A DNA stretch of 64,000 nt from Deltaproteobacteria bacterium (GCA_026129095.1 JAHCIT010000002.1:450530-514529); one strand, 5' to 3'. Shown: positions 18,414-28,291, numbered from the stretch's first letter. Program-made: numbers and translations. The notes: generated from the sequence alone by a model not told the origin.

Positions 18414-18489
18414 CCGGACGCGGGTTGGATATTCTCCCGCTGGCTGGTTCCTCACTTAAATCCTCAGGGCTGCTAGACTTCCCCATACG

Positions 18490-19164
18490 ATGCTCGTTCC
18501 CGACCCTATCGACCGGCTGGCGGCTGTGTTTCGGCGACTGCCCGGCGTGGGACGTCGGCAGGCCCTCCGGATGGCTCTTTACATTGCCGACCGGCGCAAG
18601 GATCTCTTGAAACCGCTGGGCAAGGCGATCGAGGAGTTCGCTTCCCAGCTAAAGCCCTGCGCCCGCTGCACCGTCTGGACTGAAGGCGAACTCTGCGCCG
18701 TTTGTGCTGATCCGGATCGTGACAGACGAAAAATCTGTGTCATAGAAGACCTGCCTGATCTCGAATCGTTCGAGACCAGTGGCGTCTATACCGGCTTGTA
18801 CCACGTGCTCCACGGACGGCTCGCACCGTCCAAAGGAACAGGTCCCGGCGAGCTTTCATGGGAGCCATTGCTGGAACGGCTCCAGGCCGGGCCACCGGAA
18901 GAACTCGTTCTGGCCCTCAGCCATACCACCGAGGGGGAAACCACCGCCGCTGAACTCTGCCGTTCCGTCGATAAACTGGAACTCCCGATTCGGGTGACCC
19001 GGATCGTTCGTCCCTCTGGCGCCGGTCCGGAGCCCGAATACTGGGAGCGGGAAGAACTGGAGGAGGCACTGACGGGACGCCGGGCCTATCATCCTGAAAC
19101 CCGGCCCCGAAGGGCCAGACCCGCCTCAGGACGGTCCAGAACCCGGCACGGAAGTTCCGCTTGA
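18490..19164 (+). CDS. recR: Recombination mediator RecR (divergent C-terminus)
   Basis: LPGVG HhH, C4 zinc finger (CARC...CAVC), ICVIE, YHVLHG, EGETTA TOPRIM motifs. Confidence 0.9.
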   Translation: MLVPDPIDRLAAVFRRLPGVGRRQALRMALYIADRRKDLLKPLGKAIEEFASQLKPCARCTVWTEGELCAVCADPDRDRRKICVIEDLPDLESFETSGVYTGLYHVLHGRLAPSKGTGPGELSWEPLLERLQAGPPEELVLALSHTTEGETTAAELCRSVDKLELPIRVTRIVRPSGAGPEPEYWEREELEEALTGRRAYHPETRPRRARPASGRSRTRHGSSA

Positions 19165-19276
19165 AATCCCCTGCGGGTGCGGATACTTAAGCTGGTTACT
19201 TGTCCGCGAACGCCCCTTGGCTTGCGAGTGTAAGGCGCGTCAACGGTGCCGTTTTCTTGAAGGAGCACGGGAAGTT

Positions 19277-19762
19277 ATGGCTGGTCCAAGCTTCGTGATG
19301 TACGAAACCGAGTACAACGAGATCTCGGACGTCATTGAAAAACTGGCCAAGGAAGCGAACGCCAAGGTCGTCTTTCTGGTCGACAAAAACGGTCAGCTCA
19401 TCGCCAGTTGTGGCGAAACAGAGAATCTTGACACGACGTCGATGGCCTCGCTCACGGCAGGCAATATCGCAGCCACCGGCGGCCTTGCGAAATTGCTCGG
19501 CGAGCGTGAGTTCTCGGTCCTTTTCCACGAAGGCGACCGCGACAACCTGCATATCTCGATCATCGGCGGCCGGGTGATTCTCGTCGTGATCTTCGACGGC
19601 CGCAGCTCGCTCGGACTGGTTCGCCTCCGGGTCAAGAAGGCGGGCGAAGTCCTCCAGAAGATATTCGAGCGGCTGGTCGCCAAGGCCGAGGCCGAAGGAC
19701 AGGGTGCATCGCCATTTGCGGAGATCACCGACGACGATATCGATAACCTGTTCAGTGAATAA
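19277..19762 (+). CDS. mglB: Roadblock/LC7 GTPase-activating protein MglB
   Basis: [47 protein letters not shown]-terminal [15 protein letters not shown] as in Myxococcus MglB. Confidence 0.95.
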   Translation: MAGPSFVMYETEYNEISDVIEKLAKEANAKVVFLVDKNGQLIASCGETENLDTTSMASLTAGNIAATGGLAKLLGEREFSVLFHEGDRDNLHISIIGGRVILVVIFDGRSSLGLVRLRVKKAGEVLQKIFERLVAKAEAEGQGASPFAEITDDDIDNLFSE

Positions 19763-19782
19763 CGGGAGGTAGCCACAGAACC

Positions 19783-20370
19783 ATGTCGTTCATCAACTAC
19801 AGCTCCCGTGAGATCAACTGCAAGATCGTCTATTACGGTCCGGGGTTGTGCGGAAAGACAACCAATCTCCAGCACATCTACGACAAGTCCAATCCTGAAG
19901 CGAAGGGCAAGATGATCTCCCTCGCCACGGAAACCGAGCGGACGCTGTTTTTCGATTTCCTTCCGCTCTCGCTCGGCGAGATTCGCGGTTTCAAGACTCG
20001 CTTTCACCTCTACACGGTTCCTGGGCAGGTATTCTACGACGCCTCGCGCAAGCTGATCCTGAAGGGTGTGGATGGCGTCATTTTTGTCGCCGACAGCCAA
20101 GTGGAGCGCATGGAGGCAAACATCGAATCGGTCGAGAACCTGAAGCAGAATCTCGCCGAACAGGGCTACGACCTCGCCAAGATTCCCTATGTCATGCAGT
20201 GGAACAAGAGAGACCTTCCCAACGCCGCGCCGGTGGAGGAACTCCAGAAGCTTCTCAACCACCTGAATGTGCCGGCTTTCGAAGCCTGTGCATCCAAGGG
20301 CACTGGTGTGTTTGAAACGCTCAAAGCAAATGCCAAACTGGTCCTTACGGAACTGAAAAAGGGCAAATAG
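19783..20370 (+). CDS. mglA: Small Ras-like GTPase MglA
   Basis: [46 protein letters not shown]. Confidence 0.97.
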   Translation: MSFINYSSREINCKIVYYGPGLCGKTTNLQHIYDKSNPEAKGKMISLATETERTLFFDFLPLSLGEIRGFKTRFHLYTVPGQVFYDASRKLILKGVDGVIFVADSQVERMEANIESVENLKQNLAEQGYDLAKIPYVMQWNKRDLPNAAPVEELQKLLNHLNVPAFEACASKGTGVFETLKANAKLVLTELKKGK

Positions 20371-20459
20371 CCCTCCGTTTCCCCTTCCCGCTCCGGAGCG
20401 GCTAGGATTCCCCACACGGGTTCCCCCCTGTCCCACAGGAACCAGTACGAGGGCATTTC

Positions 20460-20918
20460 ATGGATATTACCAACGTTATCAGCGCACTGTTAAGCGAAAT
20501 GCAGCGGATCTCCTCGTCCGAGACTGTTGTCGGGAAACCCATACGCGTCGGCGATGCCACCATCATCCCGATCAGCAAGCTGGGGCTAGGCTTTGGTGCT
20601 GGTGTGGCAGACGCCAGGGGCAGCCGGGCGCAGACCACCGACGGCGCAATGGGCGGGGCGGGGGCCGGTGGCGGTATTTCAGTCGATCCGCAGGCATTCA
20701 TCGTTGTGGACAAGGACGGACAGGCACAACTCCTGTCGCTCCAGCAATCGAAAGAGTCGGTGCTGACCCGTGCCATCGAACTGCTCCCGCAGGTCGTTGA
20801 AAAGGTCGCAGACGCTACCGCCAATGCATCAAGCCGGCTGCTGGATCGTGCCGCTCCGGAGCCCGCGCTCCCGCAGGCGGCCGTCCGCACGGAAAAATCC
20901 GGCAAGACGAAAAACTGA
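20460..20918 (+). CDS. GerW/YtfJ-family protein
   Basis: ETVVGKPI..GDATIIPISK.GLGFGAG...GAGAGGG.SVDPQAFIVV...LLSL...LLPQVVEK. Confidence 0.88.
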   Translation: MDITNVISALLSEMQRISSSETVVGKPIRVGDATIIPISKLGLGFGAGVADARGSRAQTTDGAMGGAGAGGGISVDPQAFIVVDKDGQAQLLSLQQSKESVLTRAIELLPQVVEKVADATANASSRLLDRAAPEPALPQAAVRTEKSGKTKN

Positions 20919-20924
20919 CTCCGC

Positions 20925-21641
20925 ATGGAACTGACTGGCTGGATCGCTCCGCTGATAATTGCCGGAGCGGCCGTTGCTGCTGTGTGTACCGCCATTGCCG
21001 TCTGGCTGTGGCGGACTCCACTGTCCATAGGTGGAAGATTGGCAGGAGGACTGGAGCGTGCTCTCGATGTGGAAGGTGAGGTCCGTTTTCATCCCTTCTG
21101 GATCAGGGCGGTACCGTCCGGGGGACAGGTTATCCTGTCAGCCGGTTTTCACTCACGGACGCTCTGGAGCGGACCACTACCCATACAAAGGGAAAGCCCG
21201 CCCTTTGCAGAGCAGGTCGACAAAGCTGGCAGGAATCTGAAAAAATCCGCCGATATTCTCGGCTTCCTCAACCGTCACTGGGGTCTTGGCAACATTGCCC
21301 TGCTTCTTCTGTCCTTTCGCCGGTTCATCCGGACCGGCAGACTGGAGGGTTATATTGAATACGGCGCCGAAGACCCCGCGATCACGGGCAGGCTGTTTGG
21401 CTATCAGTGCTCGGTCGCCTACCTGTTGCCAGAGCTGCCGGACTTCCGGGTGATCCCCGTGTGGAAATTCCGGACCTGGTTTGAAATCGACATGCGGCTG
21501 CTGGCCGATCTCCATGTCGCCCGGATGGCTGTGGCCATTTTGTGGTTCGGTATCACCCGGTTCCGCCTGAAACCACCTGCCAGCCCGCAGCCGGAGTCAG
21601 CCCCCAGAATTGCCGGGGTGGAATACCCTCATGCCGCCTGA
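20925..21641 (+). CDS. DUF2953 (YtfI-like) membrane-anchored protein
   Basis: N-terminal TM and the YG-x-EDPA-x-TG-x-LFG motif; adjacent to a YtfJ gene. Confidence 0.7.
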   Translation: MELTGWIAPLIIAGAAVAAVCTAIAVWLWRTPLSIGGRLAGGLERALDVEGEVRFHPFWIRAVPSGGQVILSAGFHSRTLWSGPLPIQRESPPFAEQVDKAGRNLKKSADILGFLNRHWGLGNIALLLLSFRRFIRTGRLEGYIEYGAEDPAITGRLFGYQCSVAYLLPELPDFRVIPVWKFRTWFEIDMRLLADLHVARMAVAILWFGITRFRLKPPASPQPESAPRIAGVEYPHAA

Positions 21642-21975
21642 ACATTTTCCCCGTTATGCTACCCACGAGGAATTCATCGCAGGCAGGTGCATGGAAGTAG
21701 AAGGCAGCCGCCTGGTGCCGGTTTCACGAATCGCGGTATCAGCCGGTGGAAGTGGCATGGCCAATAGCCATTTGGGTGGGATTGGTGGCTCGGCAAAAAC
21801 CGAGGTGATCGGCACCTGGGTAGTGGACCAGGCCGGCACGGAGCGATGGCTTCCGGCCACCCCCGTACCGCCGGGACCTGAAGGCACATGGAACGACTGG
21901 CTCGCCGCCCGCCCGGAACTGGTCCAGGCAGTCAGAACCGCACTCGCTACTTTTTCCCGGGAACGCGAACGATGA
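21631..21975 (+). CDS. Divergent second GerW/YtfJ-like protein
   Basis: LVPVSRI...GGSG...GGIGG...VIGTWVV...WLP echoes the YtfJ pattern; overlaps the upstream stop. Confidence 0.55.
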   Translation: MPPEHFPRYATHEEFIAGRCMEVEGSRLVPVSRIAVSAGGSGMANSHLGGIGGSAKTEVIGTWVVDQAGTERWLPATPVPPGPEGTWNDWLAARPELVQAVRTALATFSRERER

Positions 21976-22360
21976 TTTCGAGATTGACCAGGTCGGAGAT
22001 TTCGGGCTGCTGGACAGTCAGGTTAATCTGATCCAGCGCATCCAGCGTGACCGACTTCCACTCCGACGGATCCCCGGCAAGGATACCGAGCGTGTTGTAC
22101 CAGCGGGTCTGGTATTCGAATTCCTGTTTTTTCCGTGAAAAGTTCTCAAACAGAATCACATGGGTCCGAACATCTCCAGACTCTTTGACCGTGGCAATGC
22201 TGACCTTGACTGCACGGGCAAGGTCACCGTCGTTACCTTCCGCATATAGCATCTTGCCGCCGAGATCGGACCGGTACCGGTTTGGAATGCGCGGATAGGA
22301 ACAGGCGGTACCTGCAAGCACAAGAGAAAGCATCAGTGTGGTTCTGGTGATACGTTTCAT
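21947..22360 (-). CDS. YcfL-like (DUF1425) lipoprotein
   Basis: Lipobox LAGTAC; N....FEYQTRWY..LG....W..V.L pattern. Confidence 0.7.
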   Translation of the reverse strand: MKRITRTTLMLSLVLAGTACSYPRIPNRYRSDLGGKMLYAEGNDGDLARAVKVSIATVKESGDVRTHVILFENFSRKKQEFEYQTRWYNTLGILAGDPSEWKSVTLDALDQINLTVQQPEISDLVNLEIIVRVPGKK

Positions 22361-22363
22361 TAG

Positions 22364-23374
22364 TTACCGGGTCAGCTCCCTGAACATCGATTTTACTGCA
22401 CCGGGAATCACTCCGAGCCGGTTGGGAATGGTCCGCCGGGTGCGTTTTACAACCTTGCCGGTCCTGGAGTCGATGAAACTGGCCGTCACCTGCAGGTCCT
22501 GGCCTACCACGGCGGCCGATCCATAAATGACATTGCTGGCACCGACAAGCTGGCCGATGTTCGCCATGCAGTTTTCGTTGTCGCAACCAAGCATCTGCTG
22601 CAAAGCGGCGGCGGTCAGCATCGCCTTGGCGTCGGCCTCGGTAATGACGTTATAGGTTCCGGACTCGCTGGCGGCGGTCAGGAATGCGTCCAGAACGGCG
22701 GTTCGCACATTATCGATACTGTCCGACCCTCCGATACCGCTGATAAAAATCTTGGGGAGTGCCGACGTGTCGCCCTGACCCTTGTCCCGCTCCTGAACCG
22801 CCTTGAAAACATTATCCAGAATGACGACAGCTGTATTGTGTGCGAGCGGTCCCTGTGCGTTCCTGTGATCCCGCGCGTTCAGGCCTCCGAAGATAGGTGC
22901 CCGGACTTCCAGTATCTCGGAAAACTCCCATGTCTTGACCGGTTTGCCATAGTCGAACAGCTCATATGTGCCATTAACATGATATGACTGCGATGGGCCT
23001 TTTCGCTCATTCTGGAGATCCTTGAGCATCACGCGGACCACCCACCGTTCGTTTTCAAACTTGCTGGGCGGCCCCTCGCAATCGCTCCGGTAGTTACATG
23101 CATCGACACGGCTCGAGTCGAACGCCTTATCAAATACATCCTTGAATGCGCGGTTCCAGAAGTCGGCTTCACCCGCTGTCCCGTAATAGGGCCAGATCAC
23201 TATCGAATCCGTGCCTTTTTCAGCCGGAACCATGGCCTGCCGTTCTGGCGTCAGCACTTCCAGTTTGCTCTCGGAAAACAGCTCGGAGTTGAACCCCGCC
23301 CATACCGGTTTCACCGCCAGTGTAATGGCAACAAGCAGTCCGATACCCACCTTGCAAGAAACGACCGATTTCAT
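22364..23374 (-). CDS. Secreted protein with C-terminal TolB_N/CsgG-like (DUF2380-type) domain
   Basis: Signal peptide (VWA|G); LGCDNENCMANIGQLVGA..VIYGS....G....V...FIDSRTG. Confidence 0.65.
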   Translation of the reverse strand: MKSVVSCKVGIGLLVAITLAVKPVWAGFNSELFSESKLEVLTPERQAMVPAEKGTDSIVIWPYYGTAGEADFWNRAFKDVFDKAFDSSRVDACNYRSDCEGPPSKFENERWVVRVMLKDLQNERKGPSQSYHVNGTYELFDYGKPVKTWEFSEILEVRAPIFGGLNARDHRNAQGPLAHNTAVVILDNVFKAVQERDKGQGDTSALPKIFISGIGGSDSIDNVRTAVLDAFLTAASESGTYNVITEADAKAMLTAAALQQMLGCDNENCMANIGQLVGASNVIYGSAAVVGQDLQVTASFIDSRTGKVVKRTRRTIPNRLGVIPGAVKSMFRELTR

Positions 23375-23485
23375 ACCCGTATCTCCCTAGCCCGGATTGC
23401 TCCCAGATGTGTCCGGATGTCCTTAGCCGCACGGCTCTATATTGCCAAGCTGACGATCATATTCGTGTGGATCTACATGCAGCAC

Positions 23486-23522
23486 AAAAGAAAACCGCCG
23501 CCCTTTTGTGAAGGGCGGCGGT
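23486..23522 (-). terminator. Rho-independent terminator
   Basis: 12-bp stem ACCGCCGCCCTT/AAGGGCGGCGGT followed on the minus strand by TTTCTTTT, downstream of the 23548-23994 gene. Confidence 0.85.
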
Positions 23523-23547
23523 CCCGTTTAGACAGGCTTGCGCCAGA

Positions 23548-23994
23548 TTACAGCTTGACGCGAACAGCCTTGCCCGTGATGGTCACGCATTCACGGTTGT
23601 AGACCAGATAGTCCGTCTTGTCCGACTTGGAACGGGTCGGGAGAATGAAGTCAGCGCCCTTGAAGGCTTCAATGGCGTTGTACTTGGCGGCCGATGTAGC
23701 CGATGGGCCACCGCCGAACAGGCCCTTCAGCATGTCCGCGAAGCTCGTGCCACCCTGGCCGACGCTCACCGTTTCAAGGGTTCCGACCTTGGCTTCGCCC
23801 TCAAGGGTAATGAAACCAAAGAGCAGGGCCTTGCAGGCCTGTCCCTGGGTATCGCCCACGAGTTCGTAGTCCGTGCCTTTCTTCCACTTCTCAAAGTCAA
23901 AGCCACCGACACCGATCGTCGGATTGGAATTGGCATAGGAAGCGCATCCAGCGCTCAGTGCCAGGGCCGCGAAAGCAAATGCAAACTTCTTCAT
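23548..23994 (-). CDS. Lipoprotein of unknown function (TRL-like/DUF6567-like fold possible)
   Basis: MKKF...LSAGC lipobox; YELVG..QG.AC, AKYNAIE..GAD, VTITGKA; GGAGAG SD; dedicated terminator. Confidence 0.75.
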   Translation of the reverse strand: MKKFAFAFAALALSAGCASYANSNPTIGVGGFDFEKWKKGTDYELVGDTQGQACKALLFGFITLEGEAKVGTLETVSVGQGGTSFADMLKGLFGGGPSATSAAKYNAIEAFKGADFILPTRSKSDKTDYLVYNRECVTITGKAVRVKL

Positions 23995-24296
23995 AGTAAC
24001 TCTCTCTCCTTCAGGTTTAACCTGTTTTCCCGCAGGTTAAGGGTTTGGTTTAGGTTGGCGACTATATCTATCATTCAACACGAACGTCAACGAAAAACTG
24101 CTAAACCGTCGCTTTTGTGCCCGCCAATCGGGTTGAATGAACGGGTCTTAATGCTTGGCATGGGCCTGATGACGCAATGCAAAGAGGTATTAGCCCGCCT
24201 TGATTTTCCGTGCCCGCGCGGAGAAATCTCCTGTTCTGTGCGATAACAGCCGTGTGGGGCTGGCCATGGTTTGGGTAAACAAAGGGGACTGGGAAC

Positions 24297-24788
24297 ATGC
24301 CGTCTTTCGACGTGGTCAGTGAAGTAAACCTTCAGGAACTGGATAACGCCCTCAACCAGGCAAGGAAGGAACTCCAGCAGCGGTTCGACCTGAAGGACAC
24401 GCATAGCGAGATCAAGGACGACCAGAAGGAAAAGCTGATCACCATCACCTCCGACAGTGATTTTACGCTCAAGCAGGTCACATCGATTCTCGAGAACAAG
24501 CTCGCGAAGCGGAATGTGCCGCTTGAGAACCTCGACTACCAGCCGGTCGAAAATGCCGCCGGTTCGTCGGTACGGCAGAAAATCAGGATCAAGACCGGTA
24601 TCGAAAAGGAACCGGCCAAGGAGATCGTGAAGGCGATCAAGGATTCAGGGCTCAAGGTTCAGGCGGCCATCCAGGACAACCAGGTCCGTGTGACCGGCAA
24701 GAAAAAGGATGATCTTCAGGCCGTCATGCAGTTGCTTCGGGAGCGCAAGTTCGGCCTTTCACTCCAGTTCACCAATTTCCGTGACTGA
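24297..24788 (+). CDS. yajQ: YajQ-family nucleotide (c-di-GMP) binding protein
   Basis: MPSFDVVSEV, RFDLK, VRVTGKKKDDLQ, LQFTNFRD. Confidence 0.95.
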   Translation: MPSFDVVSEVNLQELDNALNQARKELQQRFDLKDTHSEIKDDQKEKLITITSDSDFTLKQVTSILENKLAKRNVPLENLDYQPVENAAGSSVRQKIRIKTGIEKEPAKEIVKAIKDSGLKVQAAIQDNQVRVTGKKKDDLQAVMQLLRERKFGLSLQFTNFRD

Positions 24789-24847
24789 CCCGGCCCGGGG
24801 CGCCGGCTGGTCCAGTCCGCAACCCGAACGACGGTAATCATCCGCCA

Positions 24848-26080
24848 GTGACACTCTTTGCACTTCAGCCTCACCGGATCGTCATCGCCGGAGCCGGTTA
24901 CGGAGGTCTTCACGCGGCCTGCGGCATTGCCAGACGTTTCGATCCGGACAGGGTGAGGCTCACGATCATTCAGCCGGGCAGCCGCTTTACAGACGTCTGC
25001 CGGTTGCACGAAATGTCGGTACGCCCGGTGAGCATCTCCTATGATCTGGCCGCTGCCCTCGTCCGGTTTCCACTCCAGTGGATTGATGGACAGGTGCAGG
25101 AGATCGACGCGGACAGCCAGATAGCCACCGTCGATTCCTATGGCCACCCCGTATCCGTCCCTTACGATACGCTGATTGTCGCCACCGGGTCAGTTTCCAG
25201 CGACTACGGCATACCGGGAGTGAAGGAATATGCCCTTCCCCTCAAGTCCCCGGATCACGCCGAGCGAATACGCGCAAAGCTCGACAGTCTCCGCCGCCGC
25301 AAGCCGCCCGCCCGTATTCTCATCGCTGGCGGCGGACTTACCGGCGTGGAACTGGCCGCCGAAATCGCCGATGAATGGAATTTGACCCCCGGTATCCGGC
25401 AGCCGGAACTGGTCCTGCTCGATGCGGCGGACCGGCTCCTTCCGGCATCCGGAAAGCGTGCCGCCGAATACGCCGCGCGGTATCTTCTTTCTCGCGGCAT
25501 CAAAATCCGGCTCCGGACATCCATTGCTGGCGTCTATTCAAGCGGCATCGCCCTCAACACCGGAGAGCGTCTTGCGGCTGATGCTGTCATCTGGTGTGCA
25601 GGCGTACGCCCGCTCCCACTGCCGGGACTGGAAGCGCTGTACACTGGTCCGGGCGGACGAATACCGGTGAACGGGTTCCTGGAATCCGGGCAGGCGGGAA
25701 TCTATGCCATTGGCGATCAGGCCGCGGTGAATGGACCAGATGGCGGCCTTTTGCCGCCGCGAGCGATGTATGCCTGCCAGATGGGCGACCAGGCAGCCGC
25801 CATCATCATGGCGCGGTTTTCCGGAAAACCCGCCCATCCGTTCCGCCCTGAAAATTCAGGCGAACTTACCTCTCTCGGGCACCGCGACGGCGTAGGATAT
25901 GTATATGCAGGCGGGCGGAAAATGCTGGTTACCGGCAGGTCCGCTGCTGTCATGAAGTCGGTTTCCCTGCAGGTCCATCTGGTTCAGCTCATGGTGCGGG
26001 TTCGCGAGCCCATCCTCCCCGAAGGCGCCCTGCTGTCAGAGGCTGTCTCCCGGCTATGGCGGCTCAGGAAAAAATCATGA
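24848..26080 (+). CDS. FAD-dependent pyridine nucleotide oxidoreductase (NDH-2-like)
   Basis: GAGYGG, YDTLIVATGS, GGGLTGVELAAE, IYAIGD. Confidence 0.88.
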   Translation: MTLFALQPHRIVIAGAGYGGLHAACGIARRFDPDRVRLTIIQPGSRFTDVCRLHEMSVRPVSISYDLAAALVRFPLQWIDGQVQEIDADSQIATVDSYGHPVSVPYDTLIVATGSVSSDYGIPGVKEYALPLKSPDHAERIRAKLDSLRRRKPPARILIAGGGLTGVELAAEIADEWNLTPGIRQPELVLLDAADRLLPASGKRAAEYAARYLLSRGIKIRLRTSIAGVYSSGIALNTGERLAADAVIWCAGVRPLPLPGLEALYTGPGGRIPVNGFLESGQAGIYAIGDQAAVNGPDGGLLPPRAMYACQMGDQAAAIIMARFSGKPAHPFRPENSGELTSLGHRDGVGYVYAGGRKMLVTGRSAAVMKSVSLQVHLVQLMVRVREPILPEGALLSEAVSRLWRLRKKS

Positions 26081-26793
26081 GCCGCCGGCGCATGACCAGA
26101 CAGCCTCGTGGAACACGGCCCTGGATCAGCGCGATCCTCGCCACCAGTCTCGACGGAAAGATCACTACCGCCGAGGGAGGTCCTCCCCGTTTCCCGTCCA
26201 GGGCCGACAAGCGGCACCTGATGGAGCAGCGTGCCCGGGCCGACGCCGTTATTGTCGGTGGCGGAAGCATCCGTAACGAAAATCCGCGAATCGTCGTTGG
26301 AAGACGCTTCGAGCTGGATCGCTGCCGGCGCGGCCAGACGCCGCAGCCAATGGTTGCCATCGTGAGCGCTTCGGGCGATCTCGGTACCAATCCAAGATTT
26401 CTGGCCACTGCAGGCGAGCTCCGCCTTTACACAACCACCCGGGGCGCCCGCTACGCACAGTCACGGTATCAGAATGTACCGCTGAAAATCCGGGCCGTTC
26501 AGGAATCCCGGCCCGGAGAGCTGGACCTGACTGACATCATCGGTGAGCTGGATTCCTCCGGCATGCGGCGGATCCAGTGCGAAGGTGGCGGTGAGCTCGT
26601 TCAGCGGCTTCTCAGGCTTGATCTTCTGGATGAACTCGCACTTACCCTCTGCCCGGTTATCGTGGGAGGGCGTAATACGCCTTCGGCGGCCGGATTTACG
26701 GGTTTTGACTCGGCTGATATCCCCCGCTTCCAGCTGGTCAGCAGCCGCAGGATCGGGGATGAGCTTTACCTCACTTACCGCCGGCACCGCTGA
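26077..26793 (+). CDS. RibD C-terminal (reductase/DHFR-like) domain protein
   Basis: ATSLDGKI, RARADAVIVGG.SIR.ENP, CEGGGEL, LLDEL; ATGA overlap with the upstream gene. Confidence 0.85.
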   Translation: MSRRRMTRQPRGTRPWISAILATSLDGKITTAEGGPPRFPSRADKRHLMEQRARADAVIVGGGSIRNENPRIVVGRRFELDRCRRGQTPQPMVAIVSASGDLGTNPRFLATAGELRLYTTTRGARYAQSRYQNVPLKIRAVQESRPGELDLTDIIGELDSSGMRRIQCEGGGELVQRLLRLDLLDELALTLCPVIVGGRNTPSAAGFTGFDSADIPRFQLVSSRRIGDELYLTYRRHR

Positions 26794-26799
26794 GGCTTT

Positions 26800-27016
26800 T
26801 GCCTTCCAGGCAAGAATCGCCATCTGTTTGGGGTAAATTACCCACCATGCAGGGTATTTTCAGGGACAATCGGCCGAGAACTGGTTCGTCTCGTAAGGGG
26901 GAGGGGATGAGGGAGGAGGAGCGTTGCAGCGAAGCAGAAGCTTCTAGGTGGGCTTTATTTGCTCAGGCAGGATGTTTTGAAGTCTAACGCTCCCCCTCCT
27001 CGGGGGGTATAACTGC
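26800..27016 (-). ncRNA. Candidate sigma54-dependent small RNA (boundaries uncertain)
   Basis: Downstream of the -24/-12 site, no minus-strand ORF, long stem about 26909-27001, CU-rich tract. Confidence 0.4.
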
Positions 27017-27025
27017 CAAATAGAA

Positions 27026-27041
27026 AGCACTATTCGTGCCA
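27026..27041 (-). promoter_or_regulatory. sigma54 (-24/-12) promoter
   Basis: Minus strand TGGCACGAATAGTGCT versus consensus TGGCACG-N4-TTGCW (one mismatch, GG and GC correctly spaced). Confidence 0.7.
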
Positions 27042-27580
27042 AATCCGGAGTAACGTGGTTACGGCGACTTAGCGCGTCATTAGCATTGCCACGATGCGCC
27101 AATTTAGCGCACCGCTCCATGCTCGATCAGATAAAAGATTCCAAGTTGGAACACCGTGTCATTTCGGCGAACAAAAAATGTGATAAAATTCACGTTTTAT
27201 TGTTGCGTGTATCAACAATGTAGTTATAATAGGTTTTAATAAACTGAATTTGGCCTACGATTATAGATAGTTAGAGGCCATTTCCTCTGGAACCCCCAGA
27301 TGTTGCTCATGTGCTGGCAAAAGCTAATTATCTGATTTTATTAATATATTTTCTGGGCGATTGATGACTATAGGTTCGACACAGGGAGTCAAAAAAACGA
27401 CTGTTGTCAGTTTTCCGACGCAGGGCGTAAACGCATGGATGAGGGACTGCCTAATCCGGTCGGCTGTACAGCCAGTTAATTGAGCATCGGCTCATCCAAG
27501 CTGCGCTGGTTTCGTTAGAGGGTCTTAATATGGGGAAAACACCGGAATACCGGAGCGGGGGAGAATAGAGAACCGAGCGC

Positions 27581-28060
27581 ATGTCCAACTTTGTCGAATC
27601 GGCCCTGCATTCACTCAAGCAGTCGGGGTTCCGTCTGACCGAACAACGGCGGGCAGTGCTGGAAGTGCTGGCTAATGCCCGAATCCCGCTGACGCCGACG
27701 GAAGTCCACCAGCGGATCAAGGGCCGCGGCCGGTCCATGGATCTTGTGAGCGTTTACCGGATTCTGGAAACCTTCGAACAGAACGGCCTCGTCCATCATG
27801 TTTTGGCAGGCAACACCTACAAGGCCTGCTCGCACTATTTCGATTCCGGCGACAAGCGCCATAGCCACGATCACGACCGCGCCCATGAGGGCCACCACTG
27901 CCATCACCTGGCGATCTGTACGCAGTGCGGGAAATCGTACGAGTTTGCCTGCCCGGAACTTGCCGCCATCGCCAGCCAGGTCTCCCAGCAGAGTGGTATC
28001 CAGATCAGCAAGCACATCCTCGAGCTTCAGGGAACCTGCAAAACCTGCCAGCCGGGTTAG
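27581..28060 (+). CDS. Fur-family regulator, probably Zur
   Basis: GFRLTEQRRAVL, SVYRILETF..NGLV, His-rich insert, HHLAICTQCG and CKTC. Confidence 0.88.
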   Translation: MSNFVESALHSLKQSGFRLTEQRRAVLEVLANARIPLTPTEVHQRIKGRGRSMDLVSVYRILETFEQNGLVHHVLAGNTYKACSHYFDSGDKRHSHDHDRAHEGHHCHHLAICTQCGKSYEFACPELAAIASQVSQQSGIQISKHILELQGTCKTCQPG

Positions 28061-28291
28061 GGCAGCAACTCTTGTCCTTAGCTAACCCCGGCGCCAAAAA
28101 ATCCGCGAGATGTTTAGAACCCTCGGCCCATTGGCCGACTGCGGCTATTTGTGGCGAGGAGTGCTGAAGCAAAGCAGAATCTATTTCTTAAAAAATATAT
28201 CGCTAATATTGCATCCCATGTTTTATGTGCTAATTACCCGTTTCAAACAACGAAGGACGGCAAAATAGATGCTTTCCGGCAAGGATAACAA

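Noticed and set aside
26799..26987. Plus-strand small ORF (62 aa, or 26 aa from ATG 26907 after a G-rich SD-like tract)
   Set aside because: No motif or hydrophobic helix; the purine tract is explained as the complement of the candidate sRNA. Not excluded without ribosome profiling.
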